DNA of 62,468 nt, filler included, from Chrysochromulina tobinii (lineage: Eukaryota), in assembly GCA_001275005.1 (NCBI GenBank). It is 3 parts of 3 records of this genome, joined end to end, with 100 filler letters (N's around TTAATTAATTAA, not from the genome) between each part and the next. Parts side by side here need not be neighbours in the genome. Positions count along the whole stretch, not along the records: positions 31,275 to 62,468 come from JWZX01001332.1; 2 more parts are not named here. One strand, 5' to 3'. The position numbers and the translations under genes are program-made. The notes under the pieces are model-generated. The model saw only the letters and a list, made by a program, of their open reading frames with translations, did not search any database and had not been told where the DNA came from. Below, in pieces: positions 44,161 to 54,637 of the stretch (positions are counted from its first letter, which is position 1; the number at the start of each line of letters is the position of its first letter).

Positions 44161-45768
44161 TCACTGCTGCTCGCAGTACCGTCCCTCGGACCCGCTCAGC
44201 CGCGCGCTCTCGTCGCACTGGGCGTTGTAATGAGGGTCGTACTGGGCGTGGCCGCCGCCAAAGGCAGCCGCCATCCAGTCTACGGCCCCCAAAGGTCTCG
44301 CACACGCGGCAAGCGGCGGTGGCGGCTCAACTGTCTCGGCCCGCGAGCCGACCGGCGAGGTGCTGCGCGAGGTACCGTGCGAGGTGGTGCCACGTGGCGC
44401 GCCGCCCCGTGGCGGGAGGGGCGGCACATTGACGGCGAGGCCCAGCGAGGCAAACCAAGGGTGCTGTAACGCGACGTGCGCGGGGCTGCGGTTGGCGACA
44501 TCGACGACAACGAGCTCCTTGACGAGCTGGCGGGCGGCGGGTGGCGAGGCGGACGTGAAGGCCTCGTGGCTTGCACGCACGATCCGGATGTTGAGCTGCT
44601 CCATCGACGATCCGCGGAATGCCGGCTTTCCCTCGAGCATCTCGAAGACGACACAACCAAACGCCCACATGTCGACCAGCCACGCGAGGTAAGGTTCTCG
44701 ACGCGATAGCTCAGGCGCCATGTACTGTGGCGAGCCGCAGACGGTCTTGACGCGCCGAGTACCGCAGTCGACTGCGAACCCGAAGTCGCAAAGCTTGATC
44801 GCCGCGTGCCCGGCATCCTCGAAGAGGATGTTCTCGGGCTTGATGTCACGGTGCGCGATGCCGTGGCTGTGCAGGTGACAGAGCGCGGAGCCGACCTGAG
44901 CGGCGATCTGGCCCGCCTCGCGCTCGCCCAGGCCGGTCGCATGCGGCCGCCCCGCCAGCTTACGCTGCAGCGAACCGCCCGAGCAGTACTCGAGGATGGC
45001 ATGCAGCGACGACTTCGTGTCGAGCAGCTCGATGATGTTGGCGACGTGCGCATGCGCTGTCGGCTGCAACGCGCGCAGCACATCGAGCTCGTTCTTCATC
45101 GCCTGCACGAGGTGGGGCTCCTTGGCGATCTTCTGCTTGTTGAACGTCTTGACCGCCACCTCGCGCTTCGTCGACAGGTGCCGCGCCCGCGCCACCTGCG
45201 AGAATGCACCCTGTGCGATTGGGCTCATGGTCTGGTAGCCAAAGGGCGCGAGCGGGTCGGTGCCGCCCACGGACATGCGCCTATTCTGCGATGAGGACAT
45301 CGACGGACGTGCGGACAGTGCGCGTCGCGGCGTCTGCGCCGCATAGGCCGCCGCCGCTGCTGCGATGCCTGGAGGACGATTGTTGATCTCCTTTGGCAAC
45401 GGGCGGCGCGTCTCGTTGCGGCTGGTGAGCGGCGCGCGAGGCGTTCGGTGTGAGAGGTTACCCGGCAGGCCGACATCCGACGCTGCCCGGACCTGCATCA
45501 CTCCAGTGCACGTGTGCCGCTCGTCGCAAGATCGGCCCAGTCCACCGCAGTTGAGCGATCGTTTGGTTGCTTCGCGGAAAAGGGAAATGACGAACGTCAT
45601 CAGTACCGTAGCCGAGCGCGGGATGGTCACTCTGCACCGATGGACACTCAGCGGCGAGCTGCCGCCCAAAGAATCTAAAGGATTGAGCGGCTCACTACTA
45701 CTGCTCAACGACTGCCCCGACGTCCCTCGCGATCTCAGTGCCCGCGCACCAGCTCGTCGCCCAGGCAT
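44161..45768 (-). CDS. Ser/Thr protein kinase (CAMK/SNF1-MARK-like)
   Basis: IAQGAFSQV, VAVK, HRDIKPEN, DFG, CGSPQYMAPE, DMWAFG; true start probably downstream of 45698. Confidence 0.88.
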   Translation of the reverse strand: MPGRRAGARALRSRGTSGQSLSSSSEPLNPLDSLGGSSPLSVHRCRVTIPRSATVLMTFVISLFREATKRSLNCGGLGRSCDERHTCTGVMQVRAASDVGLPGNLSHRTPRAPLTSRNETRRPLPKEINNRPPGIAAAAAAYAAQTPRRALSARPSMSSSQNRRMSVGGTDPLAPFGYQTMSPIAQGAFSQVARARHLSTKREVAVKTFNKQKIAKEPHLVQAMKNELDVLRALQPTAHAHVANIIELLDTKSSLHAILEYCSGGSLQRKLAGRPHATGLGEREAGQIAAQVGSALCHLHSHGIAHRDIKPENILFEDAGHAAIKLCDFGFAVDCGTRRVKTVCGSPQYMAPELSRREPYLAWLVDMWAFGCVVFEMLEGKPAFRGSSMEQLNIRIVRASHEAFTSASPPAARQLVKELVVVDVANRSPAHVALQHPWFASLGLAVNVPPLPPRGGAPRGTTSHGTSRSTSPVGSRAETVEPPPPLAACARPLGAVDWMAAAFGGGHAQYDPHYNAQCDESARLSGSEGRYCEQQ

Positions 45769-47317
45769 TCAAGAAATTGTAGCCGCCGGTGATGCCATCG
45801 ACATCGAGCACCTCGCCGGCGAGGAAGAGGCCAGGTGGCTCCTTGCACTCGAACGAGTGCGCGTGCAGCTGTGAGAGGTCGGCGCCGCCCGCGGTGACAA
45901 ACTCGTCCTTGTTGGTCGACTTGCCGACGCCGCGCAGCTTGCTGGCTACGATCGCCTGCGCCACGCGCCGCAGCTCCACCTTGGGCAGCTGCGCCCAGGT
46001 CTTGGCGGGATCGACTCCCGCGCTAGTGACCAGGTTTGCCCACAGACGCTTCGGCAGCCCGACTGGACAGTATGAGCCAAGCGCCTTGTTGGGCGCCCGC
46101 GCGCCGAACCCGCGCAGCTCCTCAACAGCCTGCTCCTCGTTCAGGTGCGGCGCCCAGCTCACGCTCACCTCGGCGCGATACTGATGCTCCGCGAGCTCGC
46201 GCGCCGCAAATGCCGAGAGTCGGAGGCACGCGGGGCCCGAGAGGCCCTTGTGTGTGATCAAGACTGGACCGGTAGCCTCGAAGGCGGCGCCCGCGCCGCC
46301 GCCCTTGCGCCGACCGCCGCCGTGCTTGCGCCCGCCGCTGCTAGCGGCTGTGGTGGTGGTCGTGGTGGTGGCTGCGGTCGTCTCGCCGCCGCCGCTGCCG
46401 CTGCTACCGCTGCCGCTGCTACCGCTGCCGCTGCCTCTCGCGTCGGCGGCGAGGGCGTCGCTGTGGACACCTGCTTCCGCCTCAGCCTTGGCCTCCACCT
46501 CCGCCTCCACCCCGCCCTCCGCCCCGGCCGGCTCGTTGGGCAGCCAGCGCAGCCGCACAGCTGCCTCGGGCACGGAGATGCCCGCGAGGCCGCTAGTCAC
46601 GTGGTTGGGCGCGAGGTCGAGGGTGAAGAGCGAAGGCACCGGAGGCACGATGCGTACGCCGAGGTCGGAAAGGAGCCGGTGGCCCTCGCGTGAGCCGCCC
46701 GTGGCAAAGAGCAGCGAGCGGCAGCGCACCACCTCAGAGCCGCCATCGGCCGTGTAGCACACCTCAAAGCGCTCCGCGGTGCCGCCTCCGCCGTCCTCGC
46801 CGTCGCCGTCGTCGTCGTCGCCGTCACCGAGCCGATGCACCTTGGTGACCTTGCAACGCGTGAGTACCTCCACCCCTGCCTTCCGCGCTGCGTCAGACAG
46901 GGCGTTCACGATAGTCGCACTATCGTCCGTCGTTGGGAACATTCGGCCATCGGCCTCCGTCTTAAGCTCCACGCCGCGGGCGCGAAACCAAGCGGCCGCG
47001 TCCTTCGCGCCAAAACGCTTGGTGAAGGTACCGAGCATTGCGCGCTCGCCGCGTGGATAGCCACTTGCAAGCTGTCGCACCTCCTTGGTCTCGTCGTGGC
47101 ACACGTTGCACCGACCACCGCCGCTGATGCTCACCTTGGTCAGGCAGCGCGGCGAGGCCTCGAGCAGCAGCACGCGGAGTGAAGGCGCGAGCGACGCGGC
47201 TCGAATGGCGCCGAAGAAGCCCGCGGCGCCGCCGCCGATGACTACGAGATTCGCGGGTCGAATAGCAGGGCGCGTGGTGACGCCAGCGGCGAGACTAATC
47301 AGAACGAGGCTGTTCAT
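45698..47317 (-). CDS. HI0933/BaiN-family flavoprotein with an N-terminal signal-like peptide
   Basis: VIGGGAAG, KVSISGGGRCN, GRMFP, VPPVPSLF, GPVLITHKGLSGPA, EFVTAGG, GLFLAGEVLDVDGITGGYNF. Confidence 0.92.
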   Translation of the reverse strand: MNSLVLISLAAGVTTRPAIRPANLVVIGGGAAGFFGAIRAASLAPSLRVLLLEASPRCLTKVSISGGGRCNVCHDETKEVRQLASGYPRGERAMLGTFTKRFGAKDAAAWFRARGVELKTEADGRMFPTTDDSATIVNALSDAARKAGVEVLTRCKVTKVHRLGDGDDDDGDGEDGGGGTAERFEVCYTADGGSEVVRCRSLLFATGGSREGHRLLSDLGVRIVPPVPSLFTLDLAPNHVTSGLAGISVPEAAVRLRWLPNEPAGAEGGVEAEVEAKAEAEAGVHSDALAADARGSGSGSSGSGSSGSGGGETTAATTTTTTTAASSGGRKHGGGRRKGGGAGAAFEATGPVLITHKGLSGPACLRLSAFAARELAEHQYRAEVSVSWAPHLNEEQAVEELRGFGARAPNKALGSYCPVGLPKRLWANLVTSAGVDPAKTWAQLPKVELRRVAQAIVASKLRGVGKSTNKDEFVTAGGADLSQLHAHSFECKEPPGLFLAGEVLDVDGITGGYNFLNAWATSWCAGTEIARDVGAVVEQ

Positions 47318-47994
47318 GAACGTGCAATCAAGTCCAAGTCATGTCAAGTCAAGCTGTCAAGGCAAAGGCAGCGGTAGTGCGGTACCGTTGCATACACCTC
47401 AATTCCTTATACTCGAGCCGCATGATGCGAGTGCGCAGAGAGTGAGGGCGCAGAGCGACCGAGGGCCGGCAGCCGTGGTGCCGTGCGGGCGCAGCAAGTG
47501 GCTCCAGACGGTGGGCCACAAGCCCCGCGACCAAGCGATGCAAGTCCCGCCCAAGTCAGAGCTAAATTAGCTAAAGTACAGCTGCATACGCTATTACTGA
47601 TTACAGTATAGATATCACACCCGGTACCTCACACCATGATGGGTCCTCCCAGGGGCAGGGGGTGCGCCAGGGGAGAGCACAGTCAGCAGAGGCGACGAGG
47701 GCGGCGCGAGCGGGTGCCGGTTTGGGCGCCTTAACTCATATAACTTGTGTCGCGCAGGCTTACTGTTAGACCTTCACCTTCGTAAGTTGCACATCATAAC
47801 AAAATCAAACAATGGCGGAACCGGAAGGGAGCAAGGGACCTACGGGGGGATGGGAATGCAATGAAGGCTGACCCCCGCGCGACTCGCGTAGTGAGGACCT
47901 GTTCTGACGGCGCGGTTCCTCGTCCCATTCGCATTCCATACATGTATTATCGATAACATCGTATTCCATACATGATATTATCGGATCCATGAAA

Positions 47995-48663
47995 TTATCG
48001 TGCTCCGCTGGCAGACTTATCGCGCATGCCCAGAACGCCCACTATGCAGCCATCTGACGCTCTGCCACCGTAAACAACGATGCTCTGGTCGGCACCGATT
48101 ACAAGTTCAAAGTGCTCCTCAAGTTCATCGGCGAGCACCTCGGTTGCATCGAGGATGGGTTGCATGCCGTCAGGTGGAGCTCGAAAGCCGGCGACACGCG
48201 CGCCATTTATCAGCTTCAGAGAGCCCTCTGCTAAGTCAGCATCAGGGCTACAGCAAAAGCCGACGAGCCGGTGTTCGTCGAAGTTTCGGGTGTATAACGA
48301 AGCGACATCGGGGCAGCCGAGAGCACTTAGACAGGCCTCGCCCACTTCCATATCTTCTGCTTCCGAAATGACGATCGTCTGCGCAATCGATCCGCCACCG
48401 AGAGAAGCCGAATCGAGTGCTCCGTCGAGTGCAAGGGCTATTGAGTGAGCGAGCTTGGGCGCCTCGTCGAATGAGGCTGCAGGTTCGCAACGCCGCTTGT
48501 CGAGATACGCGGAGAGCGCGGTCGATGAGTATGGGTCATATACGTGGAGTCGCGATGCCATCGTAATGGTTGACACGCTCACGTGTCGCACAGGGGAGTG
48601 GCCGATGTGAAGTGCTGCTGTCGCCGAGGCCGTGGTCAGCAGAACCGAGCGCGAAGCCAACAT
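47995..48663 (-). CDS. Hypothetical protein, possibly plastid-targeted
   Basis: 222-aa ATG ORF with a signal-like start followed by a Ser/Thr-rich transit-like segment. Confidence 0.5.
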   Translation of the reverse strand: MLASRSVLLTTASATAALHIGHSPVRHVSVSTITMASRLHVYDPYSSTALSAYLDKRRCEPAASFDEAPKLAHSIALALDGALDSASLGGGSIAQTIVISEAEDMEVGEACLSALGCPDVASLYTRNFDEHRLVGFCCSPDADLAEGSLKLINGARVAGFRAPPDGMQPILDATEVLADELEEHFELVIGADQSIVVYGGRASDGCIVGVLGMRDKSASGAR

Positions 48664-48865
48664 CGAAAATTCGTGCTCGCGTTCATGTTAATACACACAA
48701 CACGTAACGAGCACAGCCAATGGTTGAAATCGAAAACCCAACACCGGACCGGCGTACGAACGGATGCGGTTAGCACTTGCTCGGGGACTTTTGGACCCCC
48801 CTTGTCATCTGTGAACAGCAGCAACAGCCTTCTCGATCTCATGCCGGAAAGTGCTCGGAACACAC

Positions 48866-50095
48866 ATGCCGACGACGGTGGCACCCACCCTGCTTCGTGC
48901 CATCCTTCGCAGTGCTCAACGATTTGACAAAAAGCCGGCCTACCGCGTACTGCTGTCTGCCCCGCGTGATCGTGATTACGATCTGTGCATAGGCTCTTGG
49001 ACGCCCATCGAGGCTGCAGTGGGGTCAGAGTCCTCGACTGCTGAAGCGGCGGCGGCCAGAGTCCTCGACGAGGCCGTGCGACACGTGTGCAGCGGCTCGC
49101 GTCTGTATCCGGGTGTCCCGCCATCTCACCCACCGTCCACCATGCTTCATGCAATCAAATCTGCCATTCGCGGCGCACTCAGCGATGGGAACGCGGCGCG
49201 GCACGTCGATGCTGGCTTCGCGTTGCTACGGCGGCTCGAGGCCAAGATGGCCATGGGCGACAAGATCCTGGCACCAGACGAAGACCGAGCCGTTGGAAGC
49301 GATGGTGCCTCGTCCTGGTGCAAGGAGTACGAGGCGCCATGCCCACGAAGCCGCTCCCACCTCAACATCCCGGCGCCAGGCGACGTGCTCGTTTCGCACC
49401 CGCTGCTGCGCCGCGACGTCGTCCTCGTCCTCGCAGCTGACGGCCCCGACGGCTTCGCCATGGGCCTCGTGATCAGTGCGTGCCATGTCAGCAGCGTGCA
49501 GCGCACAAGCATGCGATCTCTGCGCGCTGATGCCTTTCTCGTCGACTCGCGTGCGTGTGTGTGCCAGACGCGCCAACGCCATTGCGGCTGGGCTCGTCGC
49601 CATCGACATCGAGCCGCGGCTGGTCGGTAGGCCCGCCGCCCAGGCCGAGGGGCGCCGCTATCTCCGGCCCGGCAGTCCGAGAGGTGCCAACATCGCAGCA
49701 GTGGACCACCGGGCGGCGCCAGCTGACGGACGAGCTCGCAGCCCAGCGTCGTGTGAGGGACGACGACCTCGGCGTCTTTGCGTCGCACGTGATCCATTCG
49801 GGCGGCCACGACGGCGCGGGCAACCTCACGATGCTCCACCCGTACGCGCAGGTGCGTGGCTGCGCGCGCGTGCAAGAGGGCCTGTACTATGGTGGTGATC
49901 TCGCCCATGCAGCTTCGCTCGTGCGCGAAGGGCGTGCGCACGAGGGCGACTTTCTGTTCGTCAAGGGGCGATATGACTGGCGGCCCGCCGAGCTGCGAGG
50001 CGAGCTCGAGCTTGGCGAATGGGCACACGCTCCCCGGCACGCCCCGGCAGCCGCCGCTGCTCTTGCGGCGATACGTCGCCCGCCGCCGACGCCGC

Positions 50096-50146
<51 letters not shown>

Positions 50147-50475
50147 TGGGTGTTGTGGCGCTGGCCGCACGCGATCCGCCCGGCGACGAGCTTGCGCGCC
50201 AAAGGTACGCTCAGAGGCACGAGTGCTGGGCGGGCGTGGTCGCCGCGCTCGCGGCGGACGAGGGCCATATGGCGGACAGCGAGGGAAACGGTGGCGCGCT
50301 GGCGGCCCGATGGCGCGAAGGGCTGCGTGCGTGGCTACGCGTGCGGCCCTTGCACCAGGAGGAGGCTGCGGAGCTCGAGGCCATCCGTGCGCGAGGCCGG
50401 GCGGTGCGCGCATTGCAGGCGGCTGAGCCACCGCCCTGGCGCACGCGCGAGGATTGGAAGGCGGATCTTTGGTAA
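48866..50475 (+). CDS. YqgE/AlgH (DUF179) domain protein, one intron
   Basis: Intron 49476-49567 (GT..AG) yields GLVINAPT; also PGDVLVSHP, HSGG, GLYYGGD and FVKGRYDWRPAELRGELELGEW. Confidence 0.75.
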
Positions 50476-50754
50476 CTTTCGGTAGCCGCGGACGGCCGGG
50501 CATGCGCCACTAGCTCGGGGGGGTCACAATTAGGATTCCTAGTCCTTTTTAGTCGACACACTTTCGAGGCAGCGTACTTTTCGAGCTTTCACTGCTCGTC
50601 TCGTCTCTTGACATCTACAGATCTACTACAGTTGCGCGGTAAGACTTCACAAACCCGCACGTCTACCTGTGCACTTTACAATGTACAAAGGACGCCGTGT
50701 GACGGGCTGACGCGTCCCGACTCCGGTTAACTCCGGTTAGCTCCACCACATGAC

Positions 50755-52052
50755 TCACCTCATCTCCCACGGCGGTGTCGCTTCCCACGCCCACCACCCG
50801 CCGCCACCGACACCACCTTCCAACGCGTGCACCGTGGCGCCTCCGACCGCCGCCGAGAGATCCTCAGCGCTCGAACCACACACGGGCTTTGAGCAGCAGA
50901 CGCGGAGGGCGCCCTGCAGCACGACGCGGCGAGGAGCGCTGCCAGAGCGACCAGGTGCCCACCCATCGCCATCCGTCGGGGTCGCCTCCTTGATCTCGGC
51001 CTCGATCTCGGCCTTGATCTCGGCCCAGCGCAGCCGCCCAGCGCGCCATCGCATGGACACGCGCCAACCGCCGCGCGCCCGCAGCCCGCTGACGTCGCCG
51101 TCCGTCCAGGCGGGCGGCAGCGCAGGGAGCAGCCTCAGATCGCACATGGCGGCGGGAGCGGCCGCAGCGGCGGGCGTGTTGGGTGTGAGCGGGCGCGAGT
51201 GGAGGAGCATCTCGGCGACGCCCGAGACGACGCCGCCGTTGGCGTCGAGCTGGAAGACCCCGCTGCCTGGCGTGGCCGACGTCGCGCGCGTTGCGCACGG
51301 CGCGCATTTGCCACCACCTACCGCTCGCTTGCCGACGAGCTTTGGGTGTAGCCCCAGGAGCGCATCGGAGGCGAACTCGTGCAGCGTGTACCGTAGCGCC
51401 GCGTGCGCCCTCCCGCCATCAAAGAGACGCGCCCACAGGCTCACGGCCCACGCGGCCGACCAGCCCACATGCGCACCGCCCGCGCGCAGCCGGCGCTCAA
51501 TCGAGCGCCTCGCCGCCCGCGCGTGTGTCGGATGCTCGAGCCCATCGAGCGTGTGGCCCGGGTGCAGCGCGTACAGGTGTGAAAAGTGGCGATGCCCTTC
51601 GTCCGCTGCTGGCTGTGCGTCACCCGTGCCCCACTCAGCGAGCTCGCCTAGTGAGGGAAGCAGTCGCAGCTCATCAGAGGCAATCAGAAAAGTCATCAGC
51701 GGCACTCCCCATTCAGCGAGCTCGCCTGCCCACGAGAGCTGCGGCAGGCCACGGTTAGGGTTCGGGTTCGGGTTCGGGTTAGGGTTAGCTCGCCTGCCGA
51801 CGAGAGCTGCGGTAGGCCGCCACCGGGCAGCCGCGGCAGCAGCGCCGCCATGCGTGCACCTAGAGCTCGGTCTACCGGCCCGAGGCTCCCAAGGGCCTCG
51901 AGAAAGTGAACTGCCACCACCACGGCGCGTATGAGGTGGGCAATCACGCCCAGGTCGATCGCCACGTCGTACGCGAGGATGCGCGTCGCGCTCCCGTTGT
52001 GCCCATCGAGGTACGCGTTCTCGGGCGAGTGCGACGGGCCCCAGCGCAACCG

Positions 52053-52085
<33 letters not shown>

Positions 52086-54494
52086 CTCGCCGCCGCCCTC
52101 GCCGCCCCCGTCGCTCTCCGAGGCGAGTCGCAGCCCTTCCTCGGCAAAGAGGGCGGCGCCGCGCAGCAGTGGCCACGCCTCGAGCAGATGCGACGCCTCC
52201 GCCGTGTACTCAAAGCGCTCAAACAACTGCAAAGAGGCCCACGCGCCGCAGCTGGTGCACAGTGACCAAAGGGGCGGCGCGAGCGGTGCGGCGGAGGCCC
52301 AGCCGTCGGTGAAACCGTGCGCCATCCACGCGCCCGCCACGGCGCTGCCGTAGAGCTGCCGTGCTACCGCCTCGCCCGAGGCCGCCACTCGCGCGAGAAA
52401 GGGGGCCAGCGGCAAGGCGCAGCGCGCCAATCCCGTTGGACCCGTCCCCCAGTACGCCTGCTGCAGGTTGATGTTCAGATGGTAGTCGGCGCCCCACGGC
52501 GGGCGCGTGCCCTCGGCCCACAGCCCTTGGAGATTGGGCGGGAGCGTGGCGCGCGAACCTGACGAGGCAAGGAGGAGGTATCGACCCAGCTGCACAAACG
52601 TCTCGACCAGCCCCACGTCCTCAAGCGGCGCCCCCGACGACGCGGTTGTGGAGCCCGACGCGGCTGTTGAGCCCGGGGCGTCGGCCGAGGAGGCGGAGGC
52701 GTCGGTGGCGGGCGTGGAGGCGTCGGTGGCCGAGGTGGGTGCGGCGGCGGCCGCGGCGGCGGCGGCGGCGGCGGCGGCGACGCGGGAGGCGGCGAGGCGC
52801 TGGTCAGTGGGCATATGGGGTTGTCGAGTGCCATGGTGCAGGCGGAGGCGGAAGGTGCCGAAGCTCGCCGCGTGATGCGCCGTGTGCCGCGCCACAAGCG
52901 ATGCCCACGTGCGGCGGCCCGCCGCGCTCAGTGTCTCAAAGCAGCGAGCGATGAGCGCCGGGCTGCTCTGCTTTCGGAACTGCAGTCGCTCCTGGAAGTC
53001 GGTAGCCGCGCTTAATAGAAGTTGAACCGAGCGAACTCTGCGTACGCTGATCGTCGCGCCGCCGTCCTCGTCCTCGCCGCCCTTATCCTCCATCGGCGTG
53101 TCCGACTGGGACGCCACCAGCGCCAAGACGGCGCCAAAGGCGACCCCATCGCGACTTGTGCTGCCGACAATGCTGATGGCCCGCCCCAGGAGGTGCGGCA
53201 GCGAGGTGCTCGACGGCGTGTTGGCCGCCGTGCCGCGCACGAGCCCGCCCACCGAGCTTTGGCCGTCGCGTCGTGAGAGACTGAAGACCGCGTCGAAGGC
53301 ACACGAGCTGTTGAGGTGCAGGGCGAGCACCTGATCTGGCGACGAGACGAAGACCGAGCGCTCATACATGCATGCACCGCTCTGAAAGCGGACGGTGGCG
53401 ATGGCGGACTCGAGATTGAGTTCTCGACGGTACTCGACGACGTCGGACGTCACGACGCTTGCGCCCCTCGCGCCAAGGTCGGCGCCGCTGGCGGAGAGGC
53501 GCAGCCCGAGTGTGCCCAGAAATTCGTACGAGTGCACCTTTCCAAGCGGGAGCTTTGCTGCCGCAGCCTCGGCGCCATGCACGTCGCCCTCGGCCATGCG
53601 TCGACGCATGGCACGGCCGGCGTCGGCACGCTCCTCGAGGCCGCGCGTGAACTCGTCGTGTGCGGCGCGGCTCGGGGGCGGGCCGGCGAAGAGCGACTCC
53701 TCGTTTAGGCTTAAGGCGTCCTTCCACGGACGGCCGTAGACGAGAGCCCCCAACCGCCCATTGCCTATCGGAAAGCTGTCCTCCACGCGCGTGGCCGGCT
53801 GCGCAAGCCACAGCGATTCCGCGCGAGGCAGCTCGTCGGCCGCCGCGCCTTTGGCGAGCTCTTCGTCCACGGCAGCGGCCGCGAGCACGGGCGCGCTCAG
53901 CAGCAAGGCGCTCGACGAGGCGCGAGGCATGGCGGCCGACGAGGCGCTCGACGACGAGGTGGCCACCTTGGTGGCTGATGCCTGAGCGAGCCTTGCCGTA
54001 CGGCCTCCTTTGACGCAGCGCGAGCCGCCAGGGTAGCCGCCGCCGCTGCGTATTGCGTCGGAGCACGGCCATGGCGTCCCCTTCACGTACCCGCGGCAAC
54101 CGGCCAGCGAGGAGCACCACACGCACCGCACGCCTGAATCAATAGGCTGCTTGCGTGCGCGGATGCGCAAGCACGCCGAGCAGGAATGCGAACCGGAGGC
54201 AGCGCAATTGACGCTGTCCACAGCTACGAGGTCGGCGGGCTCAGCATGTGCCTGAATGGCAATCACCTCGTGGTCGTGGGGCTCAGCGTGTTCCTGAATC
54301 GCCGCTGGTGGTGGAGTTGGTGCGCCTGTGGCGGGTGCGTGTAGCACCACGCTCAACGGCGCTCGATTGAGGTATGCATAGAGGAGGAAGTGTGCGTAGA
54401 GGAGGGCGCCCACAGAGCCGATGGCGACGCGCCGCCGGCCCGCCCGCCCGACCGCCGCCAGGGACGCACCGCAACCTTTGTGTAGTCCATCCAT
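50755..54494 (-). CDS. GH95 alpha-L-fucosidase with an N-terminal TM anchor and Cys-rich (PSI-like) module; compound intron 51648-51793
   Basis: FPIGNGRLGA, LNEESL, YRRELNL, QLGRYLLLASS, PPNLQGLW, PPWGADYHLNINLQQAYW, SPEN; after splicing GELAEWG..HRHFSHLYALHPG, GWSAAW, FQLDANGG, LLPALP..W..G..GLRARGG. Confidence 0.92.
51755..51788 (+). repeat. Interstitial telomere-type repeat inside an intron
   Basis: TTAGGG TTCGGG TTCGGG TTCGGG TTAGGG TTAG, flanked by a 32-nt direct duplication of host sequence. Confidence 0.85.
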
Positions 54495-54637
54495 TCACAA
54501 CATTCGCATTCGAGAATTCCTCGAAATGGCACCTGTCCCTAAAGGATCCGCTCAGGTGTGCGCTGGGGATCCTTGCGGCGCTAGTGAGAGATTTAATCAT
54601 ATGGGATCGAAACATTTCCGAGAATTCCGCAAATTAC

